Source of the DNA: an uncultured bacterium
GTDB lineage: Bacteria; Hydrothermota; Tepidihabitantia; SM23-42
Assembly: GCA_964419565.1 (NCBI GenBank)
Contig: CAYQPW010000008.1
Coordinates: 28,284 to 92,283, forward strand
Length of the DNA: 64,000 nucleotides
Reading direction: 5' to 3'
The notes below the pieces were generated by a model. That model did not search any database. It was not told where the DNA came from and worked only from the letters and a program-made list of their open reading frames with translations. Positions 38,924 to 49,848 of this stretch are shown here, piece after piece. Each line of letters opens with the position of its first letter. The first letter of the stretch is position 1. Both the position numbers and the translations under genes were made by a program.

Positions 38924-40075
38924 TTAAAAAAGATATTTAACACAAATAGACCAGTTTGAAAGAATATTTAGATGCTCCTGGTTGCACAAGTCGATCGATA
39001 GATCTTTATTAGGCTGCCAGCCGATACCGAAAGAATAATTATAGCCAAACTCGTGAGTGATATCTTCCTGAATAAGCCCGGTATCATTTGACTCTCTTAA
39101 TCTTGTAAAATCATAAACAAAACTCGTGCCGAAACGCACATAGACTTTGTTGATCAGGTATTCAACAGCCAGCGGGATCCTCATGCTATTAGTGATCGCC
39201 TTGAGAATGTTATCGGTTACATAATTATGCGTCGGTTGATAGACGAAATCATTGCGCAGTCCGATGGCAAAAAAACCATTCTCGGTCAAAGGACATACTC
39301 TTGCCCAGCCGAATCGGGATATAAAGGTATTCCCAAAATATTTGATTTTCCTTTCATGATCTGCGATATCGCTGTAGATAGAATAGGGCAAGGAATTTAT
39401 CTCGGCCCTTGATATTGGACCGCCGAGAGTAAGATAGCATGATGTAAACCGCTTATCATTTGGCGGAGTCATACCAACATAATACAGTCCGATGCGTCCA
39501 CTTGTGATCCCGATGCGTTGGTTATAGTTATCAATATGATTGTACTGGTCAACCCTTTCGTAAAAGCCAGCGGCAACTTTGAAGTCAATATCTACTCTAC
39601 CGATAAAAAAAGATGTTTGAGCTCTTATAAAGTATTCAAGGTCCTTGAACAAATGATTATTATATGTTTGCGCATTATCTAATTCATAACGGCGGATGCA
39701 ACCATCATTGGAAAAATTCCAGACTTCATCTTTGATCCTGACCATCCAGAGGTCTTCGAATTCTATCGTATAATCTTCAGTGCTTTGCCAGCCCGGATAA
39801 CTCTGTTCGAGTTCATAATCATATTCTAACCAGTACCTTGCGAGAACACCCATACGCCGTGAACATAACAGTATACTCAAGGGCGTTGGTTCACTTTCAT
39901 CATAGGCTATACCGATCATTTTTGCACAAAAACACTGCGGGCTGCGATAGAGATCAGTCTGATAATCAGGGATAAGCCAGGCAAGATCAGTACCCAGAGC
40001 TTTAATCCGGGATGAGAACTCTAAGGCATGAGTTGAACTTATCAGAAGAACCAAACATATTGCAGAATATCTCAT
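38924..40075 (-). CDS. Hypothetical outer-membrane/secreted protein (C-terminal Phe, beta-barrel-like)
   Basis: ORF trimmed to Met at 40075 with strong RBS AAAGAGGAGGAAATC; signal peptide MRYSAICLVLLISSTHA; ends ...VKYLF. Confidence 0.6.
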   Translation of the reverse strand: MRYSAICLVLLISSTHALEFSSRIKALGTDLAWLIPDYQTDLYRSPQCFCAKMIGIAYDESEPTPLSILLCSRRMGVLARYWLEYDYELEQSYPGWQSTEDYTIEFEDLWMVRIKDEVWNFSNDGCIRRYELDNAQTYNNHLFKDLEYFIRAQTSFFIGRVDIDFKVAAGFYERVDQYNHIDNYNQRIGITSGRIGLYYVGMTPPNDKRFTSCYLTLGGPISRAEINSLPYSIYSDIADHERKIKYFGNTFISRFGWARVCPLTENGFFAIGLRNDFVYQPTHNYVTDNILKAITNSMRIPLAVEYLINKVYVRFGTSFVYDFTRLRESNDTGLIQEDITHEFGYNYSFGIGWQPNKDLSIDLCNQEHLNILSNWSICVKYLF

Positions 40076-40211
40076 GATTTCCTCCTCTTTACTTGAATTT
40101 ATCGAATTAAGTGTAATGAGGAAAGTCTGATTGTCAATATAACCGATTGACAGCAGATGGTTTCTTATTATAATTCCCTCAGGTCCTATTAGAAGAAAGG
40201 AGGTTGATAGA

Positions 40212-40619
40212 ATGAAGTACCAAAGACATCTTTTAATAGTATTGCTTTTGGCGGTGTTTTTTATCTGCTGCGACAAGAAAGATGACCGTCAAAAAGCAGG
40301 TGACTATACTCCTTTGGCTGAACAATTTGTCAAGCTGCTAATTAATGAAGAGTATGAAAAAGCCATACAGAGTTTTGATGATACCATGAAAAACACCTTA
40401 CCGTCAGATAAACTTGAAATTGCATGGCAGAATTTGATCACCCAGGTGGGTCATTATAAAAGGCAGCTCGGTGTGCGTCAGACAAAAGAGCAGGGTTATG
40501 ATATAGTTTTTGTATCCTGCGAGTTTGAAAAAAATAATGCAGATATTAAGATAGTATTCAATAATACGAAAGAAATCGCCGGATTGTGGTTTGTTCCGCC
40601 GATAGAATACAAACCATGA
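40212..40619 (+). CDS. Hypothetical lipoprotein
   Basis: RBS AAAGGAGG; lipobox LAVFFICC; 135 aa. Confidence 0.6.
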   Translation: MKYQRHLLIVLLLAVFFICCDKKDDRQKAGDYTPLAEQFVKLLINEEYEKAIQSFDDTMKNTLPSDKLEIAWQNLITQVGHYKRQLGVRQTKEQGYDIVFVSCEFEKNNADIKIVFNNTKEIAGLWFVPPIEYKP

Positions 40620-40775
40620 CAATATTTTGGTTAGGGGTGAACCCTAAACATAAGTGATAACGAGGGCAGGTTCACCCTATGGAGTGTCCTGTCAGTTAAT
40701 AATAATAAGAGGAGTTTTTCTCGTAACTATGTCAAAATCCGTGGTAAAAGCACGGCTTTGACCTTAAGGTAATGC

Positions 40776-43007
<2,232 letters not shown>

Positions 43008-43011
<4 letters not shown>

Positions 43012-44231
43012 TCGCGGATCTGCATATACATTCACGGTATTCAAGGGCGACATCAAAAGAAATGATGATCCCAAAAATTGCCGAATATGCGAAACTCAAG
43101 GGTATCAATCTGGTAGCTACTGGTGATTTTACGCATCCGGAATGGTTAAAGCAGTTAAAGGCGAATCTGGAAGAGGCCGGCAATGGGATTTATCAACACG
43201 GCGGCGTAAAATTCATATTGAATGTAGAGGTCAATAACATATACACCAAGAAAGGTAAATTACGGCGTTTACACAATCTAATTTTTGCTCCTGATTTTGC
43301 CACGGTCGAAAAGATCAACAGCTATTTGACTAAATATGGAAAACTCGCTTCGGACGGTAGACCGATTCTGTCACTTGATAGCCTTGAAATGTTCAAAGCG
43401 CTGCTCGATATTTCTTCAGACATAATGCTCATCCCGGCGCATATCTGGACACCGTGGTTTTCTATGTTCGGTTCCAACTCGGGTTTTGATACGATCGACG
43501 AGTGTTTCGGGGATCTGAAAGACGATATTTTTGCCATGGAAACCGGGCTGTCATCTGACCCGGCCATGAACTGGCGTTTGTCAGTACTCGATAATTATAC
43601 CCTGGTGTCGAATTCTGATGCTCACTCACCTTCACGCCTGGGGCGTGAGGTCAATGTTTTTAAAGAAGACCTGGATTATTTCCAGCTTCGGGATGTACTA
43701 AAGCAAAAAGATAAAAGCAGATTTTTATATACGATCGAATTCTATCCAGAAGAGGGGAAATACCATTATGATGGACACCGTAAATGCGATGTCCGGCTGT
43801 CTCCGAAAGAAGCGCGATTCAACAATAATCTTTGTCCAGTCTGCTCACGCAGCTTAACGATCGGCGTACTGCATCGCGTTGAATCCCTTTCTGACCGTGA
43901 TGAAGGTTTTGTCCCGGATAGTTCAATACCCTATAAAAAAATGATCCCTTTAGAAGAGATCATCGCTGAAGCAAAAGGGTGCGGACGCGACACGGTCGGC
44001 GTGAAAAACGAATACCGCAGACTGTGCGGCATCTTTGGCAATGAATTTGAAATATTATTACATGCCTCGGCCGATGAATTAAAAAATAATGCTGATGAGC
44101 GCATCGCCCTTGCCGTCGAACGCGTACGCCGGGGTGATCTTATAATAAACCCTGGTTATGACGGTGAATTCGGTACGGTGAGGATATTCGAAGAGCAAAA
44201 GCCAAAAGAATCACAATTAGGTCTGTTTTAA
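43008..44231 (+). CDS. PHP-domain phosphoesterase with Zn-ribbon (COG1379 / EndoQ-like family)
   Basis: N-terminal MIADLHIHSRYSRATS PHP motif, HSP...DAHS, CPVCSRSL Zn-ribbon. Confidence 0.7.
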
Positions 44232-44253
44232 ATTCCCCCTGTTACATTGCCTT

Positions 44254-44736
44254 TTAGAAAGCTGCTGTACAGTACCAGTAGTCGGGTTTCGGAACGTCCG
44301 TTGTTTGTTGTGAAACGTTCTGAATTTCCAATCTGCCGTCGCTTGACACGACCCTGAAATAACAGGCGCCGATCGGTATTTCTCCAAAGAATATCTTCAG
44401 GTAATAATCACCTAATACGTACGGACCAAAAACTTCAACGGAATAAGCGGTAATTCCTAATTGACCAGTGAATTCGATTTCAGTGCGAAGACTTGCTCCT
44501 TCATAGAACTCGTGATACAAAGGCAGGTCTTTTTCGAATCGATCGGTAAAATCTATTTGCATACGTACGCCGCAGAGGTTGCCATAGATATCGTAATAGG
44601 CAGCGGAAACCCAGGTATCCCATATATGTGGAGGTGCCATGAAATCATCGCTATGAATGTCAAACAAATTGGTTCTTTCACGGCAGCTTAACAGACAGAG
44701 TATCATAATAGGTAATATATAAGAAAAGCGCTTCAT
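44254..44736 (-). CDS. Lipoprotein, family A (copy 1 of tandem duplicated cassette)
   Basis: Lipobox LLSC followed by RERTNLFD; paralog of 45311..45754 (shared RER.N.FD, DF.PP, FEK, YFG.IPIGA). Confidence 0.6.
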   Translation of the reverse strand: MKRFSYILPIMILCLLSCRERTNLFDIHSDDFMAPPHIWDTWVSAAYYDIYGNLCGVRMQIDFTDRFEKDLPLYHEFYEGASLRTEIEFTGQLGITAYSVEVFGPYVLGDYYLKIFFGEIPIGACYFRVVSSDGRLEIQNVSQQTTDVPKPDYWYCTAAF

Positions 44737-44745
44737 CTTATCTCC

Positions 44746-45159
44746 TCAAAGAATCGTTTTGATGCCTAATGACAATTTATTTCGGTAAGAATACTGGAAA
44801 TCAAATGTTGGTGTGTGCTTTGCTGATTTTGATGCCTTAACATGCTTCAGTTGATAATACAGCGCCCGCAACGTAAATACCACTGCACCGACTGCGCAGA
44901 TATTCCTTAGATTATCATAGCGTATTGTTTTATCCCAGTTTTCAATTGAGCTTCTTATTGAATCACTATAAATATAATCCTCGTACGCTTTTTTACCAAG
45001 GGTGTGGAAAATGCCTGTGCCGATCCCGAATCCAATACCAACAAAACCATTCAACAATACTTGTTTTGTGTAGCTCTTTGGTTTTACGACATTAGCCTGT
45101 TGTATTAAGGTATCAGCAGAGGTATTAAAACAAAATACAAAGATCAGTAAATGTGTCAT
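44746..45159 (-). CDS. Small secreted/membrane protein, family B (copy 1)
   Basis: Signal/TM then NGFVGIGFGIGTGIFH glycine-zipper-like; paralog of 45764..46183 (NGF..G.G...GIFH, NW..T, RNICA.GAV.F, LYY). Confidence 0.55.
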   Translation of the reverse strand: MTHLLIFVFCFNTSADTLIQQANVVKPKSYTKQVLLNGFVGIGFGIGTGIFHTLGKKAYEDYIYSDSIRSSIENWDKTIRYDNLRNICAVGAVVFTLRALYYQLKHVKASKSAKHTPTFDFQYSYRNKLSLGIKTIL

Positions 45160-45310
45160 TTTTCCCCCTTATCTCAGTATAATATTAAGAAACCCGATGT
45201 CAACCATGATCAATCAAATGTCCGTGCGGATCTTACTGCCCGATAATAAAATTGCGATTGGCTTGTGATTATTTATTAACTGATAAGATTACTGTATTGT
45301 TTATACGTAA

Positions 45311-45754
45311 TTATTCTGCGATCGGCTTGATGACCCTGGCGCCATTATCATCTACAATCGCAAAGGTTGCTGCACCGATCGGTATGCCGCCAAAATAGAC
45401 AGTCAAACAAAAAAGCCCGATATCATACGTGGCATATACATCCCGGTCATAGATACGATCACCATAATTCATCCGAACGTCAAAACTTGTCATCTCAGTC
45501 TTTACACTGTCGACAAATTCATAGAGTATATTATGTAAAATAGTTTCTTTTTCAAATTCTTCAACGAAATTTACAGTAAAATGAACGCCGATCAAAATCC
45601 ACTGCTCATTATATATCGCTGAATCAGCAAGCGCGGAAAAGATAGCTGGAGGCGGTGTAAAATCATCACAGCCCGGATCGAACATATTGTCTCGTTCCCG
45701 GCACCCCGCCAGTAAAAGCAATAGCATTCCGAGGATTTTAACATTAGATCTCAT
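45311..45754 (-). CDS. Lipoprotein, family A (copy 2)
   Basis: Lipobox LLAGC followed by RERDNMFD; paralog of 44254..44736. Confidence 0.6.
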   Translation of the reverse strand: MRSNVKILGMLLLLLAGCRERDNMFDPGCDDFTPPPAIFSALADSAIYNEQWILIGVHFTVNFVEEFEKETILHNILYEFVDSVKTEMTSFDVRMNYGDRIYDRDVYATYDIGLFCLTVYFGGIPIGAATFAIVDDNGARVIKPIAE

Positions 45755-45763
45755 ACGATATCC

Positions 45764-46183
45764 TCACAACGCTTTTTGTATGCAGAACACCCATTTTGAA
45801 GTATCGATATATTTGAAGTCGAACAAGGACGGTGATTTGAGAGCGTCAGATTGTTTTGTCTGCCTGTTTTTTATGTGATAATACAAGGTTCGAGCAGCAA
45901 ATAAAACAGCTCCGCCAGCACAGATATTGCGTACATTATCATTGAGTTTTGTTCTTTCCCAGTTTTCGACCGCCTCAGCGACGGTCGTGCTATTTTGATA
46001 ATCAGTATAAGCGTGATTGCCGCGGAGATGAAAGATACCGGCTGTGATGCCAAGTCCAGCACTTAGAAAACCGTTGATAATAACCTGTCTAGAATGAGTC
46101 TTGCGCAATACTCGTTGATCGACTTTCAAGCTGTCATTATTTAGATTAAAAAAACAAAGAATGAGCATGCACTGCGCCATCAA
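45764..46183 (-). CDS. Small secreted/membrane protein, family B (copy 2)
   Basis: paralog of 44746..45159; same 9-nt spacing to downstream A gene. Confidence 0.55.
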   Translation of the reverse strand: MMAQCMLILCFFNLNNDSLKVDQRVLRKTHSRQVIINGFLSAGLGITAGIFHLRGNHAYTDYQNSTTVAEAVENWERTKLNDNVRNICAGGAVLFAARTLYYHIKNRQTKQSDALKSPSLFDFKYIDTSKWVFCIQKAL

Positions 46184-46251
46184 ACCTCCATTCGGTCAAG
46201 TATATATCAGTAAATCGTGAAGTCAAGACCAAGCTGAGATTAACGAATGAG

Positions 46252-46279
46252 TTGAAATCCAATACAGGACAGATATAAT
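46252..46279 (+). promoter_or_regulatory. Promoter TTGAAA-N16-TATAAT with ATG 5 nt downstream (leaderless candidate)
   Basis: TATAAT 46274-46279, ATG 46285. Confidence 0.5.
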
Positions 46280-46284
46280 GACGA

Positions 46285-46971
46285 ATGATCGGGGTAATCG
46301 CAAATACCATGCTTGTTCTTGTCGGTAGCGTGATAGGACTTATTCTAAAAAAAGGTATCCCTGAAAATATAAAGAAATCCATTATGACAGGCCTAGGTCT
46401 TTTTACATGTGTCCTCGGCATGAAATTCGGGCTCGAGCTGAATAACGGTCTGGTCGTTGTATTGAGTATTATTACCGGCGGTGCACTCGGTCAATTGATC
46501 GGCATTGAAGAAGGTATTGAAAGACTCGGTCTAAAACTAAAGAAACTAATAAATACACAAGATAAGGGTCTTTTTGCTCAAGGTTTTGTATTCGCCAGTC
46601 TGCTCTTTTGTATCGGACCTATGACCGTGCTCGGTTGTGTCCAGGCTGGTCTGGGAAATAACCCGGAACTTCTCTTTATTAAATCATTAATGGACGGCGT
46701 GTCGGCGATCATCTTAGCATCCTCTTTTGGCATAGGCGTGCTTTTTTCAGCACTTACGGTTCTTTTTTATCAGGGGGGATTGGTCTTGCTTGCCGGTCAG
46801 ATGGGTTTCTTAACGATACCTAAATACTTAAATGATTTTACGAGTGTCGGCGGGATAATAATCTTCAGTATAGGTATCAAATTATTAGGGCTCAAGCCGA
46901 TAAAAAGCGGAAATTTTTTGCCAGCTCTGGTCTTAGTTATTTTGATTACTTTTTTGATGAGCATCATTTAA
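46285..46971 (+). CDS. DUF554 (YqgA-like) family membrane protein
   Basis: 228 aa polytopic protein with Gly-rich helices typical of DUF554. Confidence 0.7.
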   Translation: MIGVIANTMLVLVGSVIGLILKKGIPENIKKSIMTGLGLFTCVLGMKFGLELNNGLVVVLSIITGGALGQLIGIEEGIERLGLKLKKLINTQDKGLFAQGFVFASLLFCIGPMTVLGCVQAGLGNNPELLFIKSLMDGVSAIILASSFGIGVLFSALTVLFYQGGLVLLAGQMGFLTIPKYLNDFTSVGGIIIFSIGIKLLGLKPIKSGNFLPALVLVILITFLMSII

Positions 46972-46975
46972 TTAT

Positions 46976-47003
46976 CTTGACTAAATAGATTTTCCATTTA
47001 TAA
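46976..47003 (+). promoter_or_regulatory. Promoter TTGACT-N16-TATAAT for riboswitch-btuB transcript
   Basis: TTGACT 46976-46981, TATAAT 46998-47003. Confidence 0.5.
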
Positions 47004-47007
47004 TACT

Positions 47008-47180
47008 CCAGGTTGGTGGATCCAAGGGAAGCACCGTGAGAATCGGTCGCGGTCGCCGCCACTGTGATTCTTTGTAAGACTCTGATCACTTAAAGTCACT
47101 GACGTCCACACACTGATCTTATTAGTGTCGGGGTTGGGAAGACTGATTAGAGCAAGATAAGTCAGGAGACCTATCCATCA
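47008..47180 (+). promoter_or_regulatory. Cobalamin (B12) riboswitch
   Basis: AAGGGAA (47024-30), GTGAGAATC, GCGGTCGCCGCCACTGTGA (cf. consensus GC.G.CCCGCCACTGT.A), GGGAAG, B12 box AAGTCAGGAGACCTATCC (47159-47176); upstream of a TonB-dependent receptor. Confidence 0.8.
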
Positions 47181-47218
47181 ACATCGCGAGAAAATCCTTC
47201 GGACGAAAGGGGGTAATA

Positions 47219-49174
47219 ATGATACCTTTGGCTTTTCTTGTCATACTCATTGCTCAACCGATCTATGAACTGGATGAGATCGTCGTTACTGCTACGCGTT
47301 ATCCTGCAGCTTTACAGGATGTCGCATTAGCAACGATAGTCATTGATCGGGAAGAACTCGACGAGTTCAATCCATCGAGTCTCACGGATGTTTTACAAAC
47401 ATACGCTGGTACTGATACCAAAGATTATGGTGTTCCAGGGACAGTGTCGAGCATATCTATCCGCGGCATTCCATCGAATGGCACACTGGTGCTCATTAAT
47501 GGTCATCCATTGAACTCGATAACCGTGGGGATGGCCGATCTGAGTGCGATAAATCTCAGTACAATCGAGCGTATTGAAATCGTTAAAGGACCGGTTTCAA
47601 GCTTGTACGGCGCGAATGGTCTTGGTGGTGCAGTAAATATCATAACAACAAAAGGTTATAAAAAGCCTGAATTCAAAATGTCCTTTTGTCCATCAACGAC
47701 CGATATAGATGTTCCCTTACAATCAAGAGAATTCTTTGCCAAACTGGGTTTACCAGCAGGTAGAATGATCTTTGACATTGCCGCAACATACGGTGCTTCT
47801 GATGGTTTCAGAGAAAACAGTGAATATACCGGCTATTATCTAACAGGTTCACTCGGCTATGAACTCGATAATACAAAGTTCATATCATCGCTGGTTTATA
47901 GTAATAGAGAATACGGATTGCCCGGACCAATGCTTGCCGATTCTACTTCCTCTTCTTTACTCGACCATGAGAAAGATGAATACCTTTTAGGAGATATAAA
48001 CATTTCATGGAACTTTTTAGAGAATTTTGCATGGGATAATACTTTATTTGCGGATCGTCGTTTTATCAAGTATCATACCGCGTATACGGATCTAAGTCAG
48101 GATACGCTGGAGAGTGATTATGATTACCTGACCTATGTTGTTGGCGTCAATTCGATCGCTCATTTTAAAAGCGGTAGGACTGATTTGACGATCGGTATTG
48201 ATACCCACTTTGACACCCTGGAAACGACTGAGACCCATGAGCTGTCGCGCGATACAATTTGGAATGCTTCTTCACATAATATCGGCGCCTGGCTTGAATT
48301 CAAATACCGAATAAAACATATTATTCTTGCGCCGAGCCTGAGATATGACCGGAATTCAAGGTTTGGGAATTTCCTTTCACCTGGGGTAGGTCTTATCAGC
48401 CCGCTTATTGATAATCTCTGGATTAAATTATCTGCGGGCAAGGCCTTTCGTGCACCGACATTCAATGACTTGTTCTGGCCTAATGCTGGCAATCCAGATC
48501 TTAAACCAGAACATGGCTGGGCATATGAATTACGCTTTGAAAGTTCTCCTTCACCGACGCTCTTCGCAGCATTATCTTTGTTTGCACGTTCTGTAAATGA
48601 CCGGATAGCCTGGCTTCCGGGCGATAATAATATGTGGCAGCCGCAGAATGTTAACCATATTTCAGTTCGTGGTGTGGATTTCGAAATGAACAAACAGATC
48701 AATGATTTCACAAACATTTATCTTGAAGGGTCTTATTTACAAGCAAAACAGAGAAACAATGAGATTACCTATGATTTTTATGATTGGGTAGCTGATACAA
48801 GCCTTACAATTATTGAAGAAGTAAAAAGAGATGCTGCTTTTACCCCAAAATATACGGCTTCAGCAAGACTCCATTTCAGTTTACCTTATGGATATGATTT
48901 TAATATCGAAGGTTTGTACGTCGCTGCGCAGGTCAACTATTATGTTAGTTATGATGAATACCCTGATATAACGATGGATACTAAAACACTCGATTCCTAT
49001 ATAATGCTCAATATAGGTTTTAGTAAAAAGGTCTTGAATTACCTGAAACTATCAGTCGGTGCGAAAAATCTACTAGACAAAGACCATGCGAAACAATTCG
49101 GTAATAGTATGACCGACTTGGATTATCCGATGCCTGGACGCCTGTTCTTTGCCCGGATCTCCATGGATTATTGA
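47219..49174 (+). CDS. btuB: TonB-dependent outer membrane receptor, BtuB-like (vitamin B12)
   Basis: TonB box DEIVVTATR, plug domain, 22-strand barrel, C-terminal aromatic; B12 riboswitch in leader. Confidence 0.85.
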   Translation: MIPLAFLVILIAQPIYELDEIVVTATRYPAALQDVALATIVIDREELDEFNPSSLTDVLQTYAGTDTKDYGVPGTVSSISIRGIPSNGTLVLINGHPLNSITVGMADLSAINLSTIERIEIVKGPVSSLYGANGLGGAVNIITTKGYKKPEFKMSFCPSTTDIDVPLQSREFFAKLGLPAGRMIFDIAATYGASDGFRENSEYTGYYLTGSLGYELDNTKFISSLVYSNREYGLPGPMLADSTSSSLLDHEKDEYLLGDINISWNFLENFAWDNTLFADRRFIKYHTAYTDLSQDTLESDYDYLTYVVGVNSIAHFKSGRTDLTIGIDTHFDTLETTETHELSRDTIWNASSHNIGAWLEFKYRIKHIILAPSLRYDRNSRFGNFLSPGVGLISPLIDNLWIKLSAGKAFRAPTFNDLFWPNAGNPDLKPEHGWAYELRFESSPSPTLFAALSLFARSVNDRIAWLPGDNNMWQPQNVNHISVRGVDFEMNKQINDFTNIYLEGSYLQAKQRNNEITYDFYDWVADTSLTIIEEVKRDAAFTPKYTASARLHFSLPYGYDFNIEGLYVAAQVNYYVSYDEYPDITMDTKTLDSYIMLNIGFSKKVLNYLKLSVGAKNLLDKDHAKQFGNSMTDLDYPMPGRLFFARISMDY

Positions 49175-49199
49175 CACCATAAATCATTTTGATTATACT
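49171..49199 (+). promoter_or_regulatory. Near-consensus sigma70 promoter TTGACA-N17-TATACT for rnpB
   Basis: TTGACA 49171-49176, TATACT 49194-49199, predicted TSS ~49206 = first nt of P1. Confidence 0.6.
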
Positions 49200-49252
49200 G
49201 ATATGTGGGGTGACTGGATAGCCGCTCCCACACTTTTAGGGAATAATGAATT

Positions 49253-49513
49253 ATGTTCTATGTCTATTTAATAAGAAGCAAAAAGGACAAGAGATTATAC
49301 ACTGGTTATGCTAATGACCTTAAACGAAGATTCAATGAACATAATTCAGGTTTCAACAAATGCACCAAGGGACGTGGACCGTTTGAGCTGATGTGTTATG
49401 AAGCATATGAAGCCAAACAAGATGCAGTACATCGGGAGAAAATGTTAAAGCTTAGAGCAAAAGCTCTCGGTCAATTAAAAAGACGTCTCCAATATAGTCT
49501 GGATATTCCCTAA
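49253..49513 (+). CDS. Small GIY-YIG nuclease family protein (COG2827/YhbQ-like), nested in rnpB P3 loop
   Basis: MFYVYLIRSKKDKRLYTGYANDLKRRFNEHNSG...GRGPFELMCYEAYEAKQDAVHREKMLK: GIY (VYL), YIG (YTG), Arg, Glu (NEH), Asn motifs; stop TAA inside the 3' strand of the closing stem. Confidence 0.8.
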   Translation: MFYVYLIRSKKDKRLYTGYANDLKRRFNEHNSGFNKCTKGRGPFELMCYEAYEAKQDAVHREKMLKLRAKALGQLKRRLQYSLDIP

Positions 49514-49614
49514 TAGTGTGGGAGAGGAAAGTCCGGGCTTCAAAGGGCAAGATGCTTCCTAACAGGAAGCCCCGCACCTTCTTTGTCATATGAGATTAGG
49601 GATGGATTATCGCT

Positions 49615-49848
49615 ATGCATTATGTTTACATTTTTAAGAAACGGAATAATGAAGAGATCTATATCGGTTGTACGAACAATCTCAAGAGAAGATCTCGAGA
49701 ACATAATGTCCACGGTATGAAGTGGGATTTGATTTATTATCAAGCATACAAGGCGCGAAAAGATGCTTACTTACGGGAAGAAAGGCTCAAGTATTATGGT
49801 CAGGCGCTTGGTCAACTTAAGAGGCGCATTAAGAATAGCCTTGTATGA
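49615..49848 (+). CDS. Small GIY-YIG nuclease family protein, paralog, nested in rnpB P9-like hairpin
   Basis: MHYVYIFKKRNNEEIYIGCTNNLKRRSREHN...; shares C-terminal LGQLKRR with ORF1; stop TGA is the first 3 nt of the 19-bp closing stem strand. Confidence 0.8.
   Translation: MHYVYIFKKRNNEEIYIGCTNNLKRRSREHNVHGMKWDLIYYQAYKARKDAYLREERLKYYGQALGQLKRRIKNSLV

Noticed and set aside
40634-40678. Hairpin GGGTGAACC...GGTTCACCC between lipoprotein gene and guaB
   Set aside because: 9-bp stem with 25-nt loop and no U-tract; could be a weak terminator or incidental, not enough to call.
49242-49845. Possibility that the rnpB inserts are self-splicing group I/II introns carrying homing endonucleases
   Set aside because: Each insert is only ~260-275 nt, of which >85% is ORF, leaving no room for a ribozyme core; no P/Q/R/S-like intron motifs seen. 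A hairpin-loop expansion or insertion fits better, though splicing cannot be excluded without RNA data.
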